Source: Pocillopora damicornis (Eukaryota). From it: a stretch of DNA of 64,000 bases. Both the position numbers and the translations under genes were made by a program. Of the stretch, positions 55,901 through 64,000 are shown piece after piece (the first letter of the stretch is position 1; the number at the start of each line of letters is the position of its first letter). The stretch is from NCBI RefSeq assembly GCF_003704095.1, contig NW_020846941.1, positions 310,001 to 374,000 of the forward strand, given 5' to 3'. The notes beneath the pieces were generated by a model. The model did not search any database. It saw nothing but the letters and a program-made list of their open reading frames with translations, and had not been told where the DNA came from.

Positions 55901-57276
55901 TTTTCAACTGATCATCTGAATCGTTTTGATATATTGTCGCACTCTTAAAAACATGCAGAGAAGGACGAAAAAAAAAGTGAAGTGGTTCGGAGTGATCGGA
56001 TAGGATCGAATTTTGATCACCCCGATATTCGGTTTCGTTAGTGATCGTAATTGTCCCCATCAAATTGAGACAATTTCGGACCGTTATAAAATTTATATGG
56101 AAAAAAGACTACTGTCCATTCAACAAAATAAACTCTTTGTTTTATTGGTTCACTGAAACTAGGAATGGGTTTCACTCTAACTTCTCGTGACCCCATTTCG
56201 AGCGATGAAAATGAAATGTTATAATTTAAAGAAGATCAGTTTTAGGTTATTTAAATATTTATTAGTTGTGTTATTTGTACTAAATTCTGTTGACAAATTG
56301 GAATATTTACTCAAATAAACTTCTATTAGGGCTCCTCGAAATGTCTGTTTCGTTAATGTTCGCTGAATACCAGATTTAAACATCATACCAAATATATCAG
56401 TTCATGAAATTTCTTTTACTTTGGAAATTCAATAGTCTCAGTCCTTTCTTTTTTCTTATATAAACCATCATTTAATCGAACCACTTGAAAATTTAAAATT
56501 TCAATCAATTTTTGAAAGTTTATTAGAAATTATAAGGTTAACTTTCGTCACGAACAATGCGATGACATCAATGCTTTTATTGTTCACCATTCATTTCCGT
56601 TTCGCAACATATTTATTTTCAAAAACTCTTGTCTTGATGGACTGTCGTGGAAACGTCACCATGTGACAGTGACATGTCTTTTATTTTTGCTCGTGACTTA
56701 TGAAAGATAAATTATTGTCTTTTGTTATTTTCAACAGATCATCTTGTTTCATCGACACAGGAAGGCAGCTGGCATGTCATTAACTTTGTTTATATTTATT
56801 TTATTTGCCTTCAAGATCTTTTAATTTACTTTGCAACCAATGACAGCTGGAGAACCAAAGCTAGAATAAGCATCTCTTTGATAGAAAAAACAAACTTGTC
56901 AGGGCCCCAGCTCTTTTGACTTTGTAAACATTACGTGCAAAGCTTCCGTGATGGCTGTGAATTGCGTGTTTCCTAATTCCTTTCATCGACAGCACATCCT
57001 GCGTACGGGTTACTTAACGCTTAGTATTCCTTGCGTGTTACTTCTCTCTGACATGGAGAACTAAGCTAAGAAGTGATAAAACCATAGGGGATCCAAAATC
57101 TTCAATGAGAACTTTCCACGTACTTGTGAAATGTCATTAATTTTTTATGCTAATGTATTTCTCACTTGTCACGTGACTCAACAAGCACCTGTACTCAGAT
57201 CCCATGAGGCCAATTTGCGCAAGTTTGGTTTGTGTATGAGAATTCCACGGTAAAGTTAGGACTTCGAACCGCAGCC

Positions 57277-60200
57277 ATGGCGGCCGCACTCGGAGTCATT
57301 TTATTTGCTTACATATGCCTAGTCTTTCTCGTTACACATAGGATATGTATGATGCAGTGCAATCCAATGTCTAGACCTGGTAAGTGGCGTAAAGTAAAGG
57401 AATAGAGGCTGTGTTGACGTTTGGTAGGATTCGTTTGTTCTCGTCGCTCCATCGTGACAACGGTAGAGTTTTACAAGTTTATGGCCAAATTATGATTGGA
57501 GTTTGTGGTTTGTAAGCCAAATACGTCTACCTGGAATATTTTTAGGTATATACCAAGGAGATATGGGCGATATGCGGTTCTCTGGGAGCCACGTACAGGT
57601 AAGCGTTCGCTGTCAAAAAAGTGAAAGGTGTGATGAGCTGACGATGTTTAATGCTAAGAACTACTAGAAACTCCGAAAGATGGTCTTATCATTCTAACGT
57701 AAGTCCCACCAAAAAGTTGCTCACTAAAACAGAAACCGAGATAATTTACAGCGAACCGTTTGCATCGAGTTTTCACTGCTTTGCTGAGGATGAACTTAGC
57801 TTGAACTTGATTATGGTGATGCTGGTGCACTCATGTTTGAGGTCTGTCAAATTTCAGTCGTGGTTTGCACTTGGTGTAGAACCAGTAATTTTTTTTTTGT
57901 GCTCTTCGCAGGATGATGGCTCACACCACCACAGAAGGTAGGAATATTCACTAAGACATGATCTGCAGTTTAGAACACGTGTTCATCTCGATTTTTTTTG
58001 TCGCGATAAGGGTGGAAAGATCGTAGAACCAACACCCCCAGGTACTGTTAAAAGTGTCTCAGTCGCCCACGTAACACGAGGCCTCCTCCAGTTATTTTAG
58101 GATCAGTTTGCCTATTGTTTTGGTGTTTAACTAAGCAGCGAAGATGTTTACTGGGTTTATTAGGACTGCGTTCGTTCATTCCATCGCTATAATGTGCTTG
58201 TGCAAGTAAGGCTCTTGATTCGTGTCGTTGGTTTGGCAGGTTATTTAATCGACGTGACAGTATATTATCACTGCCATTACCGTTCATACTCTGGGGTATA
58301 ATTCTGTACTCATTCTCGATAATTTGTTTAAACAGTGATCCATTTTTTTAGAATTTGCATCGGGGTTATTTAGACATTATTCGAGCATGATCTCCCCAAA
58401 AAATGAGTTTCAAAACGCCTTTGTTTCCGTATGAACTGGGTGATGGTTCAGTATTTGGTATTGTATCTGTCATACTGTTCCGCTATCTTGTACCGTTGTT
58501 CTTAGAGTTATTTCTCACTGTGAATTTGCTCGATTATTTCTACCGATGTAAAATACTCAGGAATATATCTAGGCGATTCGGGATGACTTTAAATCGAACA
58601 GCATGAACATAAATAGGGCAGAAACCCTTGTAGTACTTTGAGGTCAAATCTTGATATATCGCAAGTTCGCCAACAATGCACGGAAGTTTGTGAAAAATCT
58701 CTGTAATTGTCTAAAAGCTGGTTGAACCATTAACTTTAAGATATGTATTCCCACAACTTCTCAGTGTTAATTTGAGCTGTAGGAATCCCTCCGTTGGCAA
58801 TAAAATGGTAAATATGTTCACTTATTGTTATGACTGAATATTTCATATATTAATCTGTTGTGTTGCTTGATTCTTTATTTCAGAGAACAGCCCAATATTA
58901 GGCATATTCGCTTCGAGCCATCATACTTAGATTTTTATGAACAGTAAGTTCTTCTGTTAACAATTATTTTAAATTTCCAATAGTATTTTTTGAATAAACG
59001 TTGTGAAAATGAAACTGTATAACTATATGTCACACACTTGGCATGTGATAGATTTGACAGCTCACACCTATTTAAATTCCACTGTACGTAAATAATATGC
59101 AGCGAGAATGCCCATCTCGTTACTGAAACTTTGAACTTTGAATCTTAGTGCAATCTCAAATTTTCTTGGTCTGAAAGTGTATGAAAAATCAATTCTATGA
59201 ATGTCAATGTCTTATCTATGTTATTTGCTCCTGGTCTTTGGGCATTTAAATAGTATGATCTGGTCTGAATGTGTTTATTATTATTTGTATTGAAGAAAAG
59301 TTGGTTCTCTTTGAATATTTAATGAATTTAATTTAGTTGCATCAGCAATATCTAAGATATATATTTTTTTTTCAATCGTAACTTCACCAAGTAACAGGCT
59401 AACAAACATGTGGCAAGAACTATGTTAAAGGAATTACACCTCTTTTTTTTTTTTCCTGAGTCAAGAGTGTTATCTGTATATTGCTCTTTTCTGTTGAGTG
59501 TACCAATAATTATTGTAGAGTTGACAACCAGTATTGAAGAAAACTATGCCATGATGAAATTTGTGCTTTAATATTTTACTTTCTAAAGTTACTTAAGGCT
59601 TCTACAATGTATTGATGAAGTTGTTCACAAAACTGTCTGAAAGACTTGTTTGGCATGATGAGTCAGAATCATACAAAACAATGGGTTTGTGCCTAAGCAG
59701 AATCTTAGTACTGAAGACAACTGATTTTTGGTTTTAGTGGTGAATTAAATTATATACATATATATATATATATATATTGGTACTTTTATGAAAGCTTGGT
59801 GAGATATCTGAGTCAAGAGCCCTTGGGCACCCCGTTGTTTCTTCTATGAGCACAGCATTTAAATTTATGGTTGCTGTTTTTTTAACTGAGATTTGGAGAT
59901 TTTAGAGTCTGCAGTCTAAAAGATGAAATCCTACTTTGGTATGTTTGTCTCACAGGTGTGAGAGAAGAAACTAGTCATCATGATGATAGCTTGCAATCTC
60001 CTATTTACACCCAATATAGTGTAATTAAGGCTTGTTTGGTTTCTGGAGAGGCCTTAACTCGTTTATGTAATCTGTCATTTCAGATCAGTGGGTATGCCAA
60101 GTATACGAACAGTATCTGTTATAAACCCACACACAGAGCAGAATCTTCAACTGCAATCTATATCTGGTAGCACTTCACATTTTCATGCTTCCTTTTTTCA

Positions 60201-62430
60201 ATCAAAAGTAAGTTATTACTAAATCTAGACACCATAGTTATTGCATTATTGCAAAAACCTGCTCATAAATTTCTCAAAGTTTGTTTTAAACAATGCTGTT
60301 GTTTTTTATTTTCCCTTCAGGTAGTTTACCCTTTAGGAAATACCACATTTGAAATAGTGTTTCTAGCAAGACTAGTTGGAAATGTAGAAAACACTTTATT
60401 TATTCACACCTCCAAAGGAGTTTATCCTTATCAGGTATTATACCCTATATGTTGGTTATTCACATCAGTAATCCTTTATAAGTAACCATAGTTATGATGG
60501 TCTCAAAAGTTATGGAAGGTCCCTACTGGTAGCTTTTCAAGGGATTTTTACTAAGATCCTTGAAAAGCGTGGCCTCTAGTCATCAAAGAACTTAGGTTCG
60601 ATGTTACTGCTTGGGAAAAGAAAATCCTTCATATCTAAGAGCCACGTTGGGTGGTGTTCTGAGCAATAATCATGATTTATTTCCATAACAACAAACATCT
60701 GTCTGGGATGAGCATTAAGTGGGTCTCTTAAGTCTTGCTGTAATCCTCATTACATTGAAATCCTTTGAAAACATTGATTACAATGGAAGTTTGGTTTAAT
60801 AAATAAGTATATGCATATATTTTTTGTAATGTGCTCATTTACTATTATCTCAGGTATTTGGTGTGGGACTTCCAAATCCATACAGATTGCGTCCTTTCCT
60901 AGGAGCAAGAGTTCCATTAAATTATAGTTTTTCTACAATTATTAATATGCATAATCCATATGACTCACCTTTACAGGTAACTACATGTAGAGTCTGGCAG
61001 TTTTATGTTTATTGAAGTTAGTTTGAGCAACAATGAACACACTGGAAAAGTTTGTAAATCACTTGCCTCCAGCCTATGATTTACAACTTTTCCTGTGTTC
61101 TCCCAACATCCCATGTGGGTTAGTACAGCTATTGCTTTAACAAACAACTTCAATTTTCTATGGGTTTACCAGTGGAATAAATGATAAGTTTTTGATCAAT
61201 TAACCCTTTAACTCCCAAGATCTCATGAGTAATTCTCCTTACTGTCTGTTTTATGGTTCTTCTGAAGTTAGTTTGTAGAATTTGGTATTGGATCAACTAA
61301 TAATTCCCTTATTCATATTTTTCTTTATTCTTGTCACTTGTCTACTTGATATTGTATTGATATTGTAAAGAGAAATTCTGTCTTGGTCACTCATGGGAGT
61401 AAAAGGGTTAGGGTGCTAGCAGTTTCTCAGTTATTTTATAAACAGGTGTATACTTCCTTAAAATTTGAGTACATCAGGAATGAAATGTACAAAGATTAGG
61501 AAAATTATTTTATAAGGTCTCCTTTTTTTATGGGGAACTTCCTTATTTTGGAGGTGACTAGATTTTTTTTGGTCACTGTGTGGAAAATGAGAAATTTATG
61601 AAAAATCTGCCCTAGGTATATCCTTGTTGCATGTAAATGGGTTTGGGTTTTGGGTTTTTAAGTCAGGAGCCTGATATGTGACCAATAGACAAAACTTCTT
61701 GTTAGTTATATTCAAAAATTAGTCTTTATTTATTCATTTTTTTATTACTTTATCCTCTTCTATTGTATTGTTTGTCATAGGTAATAGAGATGTACTCTAG
61801 TGGTGGTGATTTGCATTTAGAACTTCCTTCTGGTTTGGAGGAAGCACCACAAAAACACTGGGTATGTGTGATAACCTGCTTCACTTCTGCTGGGATTTTA
61901 TAAAATGTTGGTTTTCTTTTCATATAATTAAGATGAGTCCATCTGACAGTATTGAGTACATTTTCCTAAAGAACATTGTGATCATGTGTCTTCCTATAGG
62001 AAATTCCACCCTACGAAACTAAAGCACTTATGCGAGTTAGCTTTGTTGGAAGAGTAGCTTCAAATCACACAGCATTTATTCGTATTAAAGCAAGTCAACC
62101 AGCACCTATTCAGGAGCTTCTAATTTTACCTGTAGAAGTAGAAGTTACATCAGGTACAACATTATCTATGTCTCCTTAAAATATTGATGAGAATCTTGGG
62201 TTCTTTTATATATATATNNNNNNNNNNNNNNNNNNNNNNNNNNNNNNNNNNNNNNNNNNNNNNNNNNNNNNNNNNNNNNNNNNNNNNNNNNNNNNNNNNN
62301 NNNNNNNNNNNNNNNNNNNNNNNNNNNNNNNNNNNNNNNNNNNNNNNNNNNNNNNNNNNNNNNNNNNNNNNNNNNNNNNNNNNNNNNNNNNNNNNNNNNN
62401 NNNNNNNNNNNNNNNNNNNNNNNNNNNNNN

Positions 62431-62479
<49 letters not shown>

Positions 62480-63899
62480 CCAAATGGTAGCTTTCACTTT
62501 TAACTCTTTCACTCTCTGGATCTCATTGACATTTTGTGTTGTCCGATAAACATTACTCATTATTTCAACTCTGAAAATTTGTTGTTTTATCAAGCATCCT
62601 TAGCTGATATTCTTTCTCTTCTCATCACCCATCTGCTTTAAACTGTATTTGTATAGTAAGGAGAATTTACAACCCCTGCCTTGGACGGAAGTTAGTACTT
62701 ACAGACAATGTTTTCCCCTACAGCTCCTGGCTTGTTCTCCTCCACTGACATGTTAGACTTTGGAACTCTTAGAACAATGGGTAAGTCAGTGTTTGATACT
62801 TGGTGAATGCATTTTTTACTATCATATTTGTAACTGTTAAAAGAAAGAAAATAGACTGGAAAAAATTTACTTGCATGTAGCTCAAACAAAATCTCTCAAA
62901 AACTGATTTTTTTTTAGAACAATTAAGTGTTGGGGGGACCGAAAGGTCTTTCAGTGAGATAGAATATCTTCATAAGTGGTGACATGAAGTGATTTTTCTT
63001 TTTTTTTTTTCACAGATGAGCCTAAAAGTATTGGATTGTATCTTTTAAATGCTGGTCACAAGCAAGTTCATATATCGGTATCAAAGCAGCTTTTACTACC
63101 ATTTGTTTAACCAAGCAATTTCAAATACTTTAGGCCTTGCCATATTCTTTGTCATAATAATTTTTATCCTTTTTTCAGGCAATATCTGTAGAACCAACAA
63201 ACAGTGCACTGTCCATAAATTTCACTGTAAGTACTAACCGGTCATGACCTTTGTCAAAAAGTCCTAAGCAAAAAGTTGACAATATTTGCTAATAATTTGG
63301 TTTATTAACTGGGTTAATGATGTAAACTGGCCTCAGTAAAGCAAAAGATATCTTCTGAGCCTTAGATATTATTGAGCAGTAAATTGAGTCAAGCACCAAC
63401 ACTTTTATCCTGAATTATTTTCCTCATGATCAATTTATGTAGACTATGGTGTAACTCTAGGAATGTAGTAAGGAGATTGTTGGTTTATAGAGTCGTTTTT
63501 TTGATACTTAGCCCATACTCTTGAAGCCAGGATCAAAATACATCAAAGTCGCAACTGCAACTTATTCTGGTAAGATAGCAACAATTTAAAATTAGTCATT
63601 CAGTGCATGCTTCATTGATGATCCTGAGTATATTGTTATTGCTTGTAAAGGATAAGTTATTTTGGAAAGTTTATACAACTAGCTGAATTTAAAATAAGCT
63701 GCGAGCTATCCTAAATGCTTACAAATAAAGGTCTTAATGCAGCAGGCAATGCAAATTCATTTTTAACATTATTTTATTTTCTTATAACAGCTTTCCATGT
63801 TAAAAGGAGTAGACAAACAACTGGAAAGGTTATTATAAAAACAAACAGCAAAATCTCTCCTAGATTAGAGATCCCTTATCAAGTCAATATACTTCAAGG
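57277..63899 (+). CDS. TMEM131: Transmembrane protein 131 (5' portion; continues past window)
   Basis: Signal-peptide exon (MAAALGVILFAY..), then IRFEPSYLDFYEQSVGMP..HFHASFF, FLARLVGNVENTLFIHTS, PNPYRLRPFLGARVP, EMYSSGGDLHLELP, WEIPPYETK, STDMLDFGTLRT in successive GT-AG exons. Confidence 0.95.
61204..61407. mobile_element. piggyBac-type MITE in a TMEM131 intron
   Basis: TTAA|CCCTTTAACTCCC...GGGAGTAAAAGGG|TTAG. Confidence 0.78.
62207..62474. repeat. (TA)n microsatellite spanning an assembly gap
   Basis: TA repeats on both sides of the N run. Confidence 0.9.
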
Positions 63900-64000
63900 G
63901 TAAGTTGAAAAAGTTATGTTGAAATATAGCAGTGAACTCTTACCTGCTTATATGGGATTTTAAGACTTAAGCCAGTGAAGAGGTGATGAAATTTATAGAA

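Noticed and set aside
62166-62549. ORFs with IYIY repeats
   Set aside because: Artefacts of a (TA)n microsatellite and N gap.

Overview
AT-rich, intron-rich eukaryotic DNA. The gene content and repeat families look like a scleractinian coral (taxon inferred, not certain). I assembled spliced gene models by hand from GT-AG junctions and reading-frame phase. In order: 3' end of a TRANK1-like gene (+); DNAAF6/PIH1D3 (-); a 3-exon gene with an unusual DED + coiled-coil + six-blade NHL architecture (-); four single-exon, basic, disordered orphan ORFs in about 11 kb; SLC25A20 (-); DLD (-) head-to-head with TMEM187 (+); ELMOD2-like (-); an IPNS-like 2OG-Fe(II) oxygenase (+) whose upstream region holds a LINE with a nested TIR element; and the 5' part of TMEM131 (+). 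Interspersed are LINE 3' fragments, several MITE families, a palindromic Penelope-like repeat with degenerate hammerhead cores, and a tRNA-like Pol III unit. The strongest novelty candidates are the DED-CC-NHL protein (possible sensor-to-caspase-8 adaptor or decoy) and the orphan ORF cluster with cilia/sperm-like short motifs. Gene names come from recognising motifs from memory; no database search was run.
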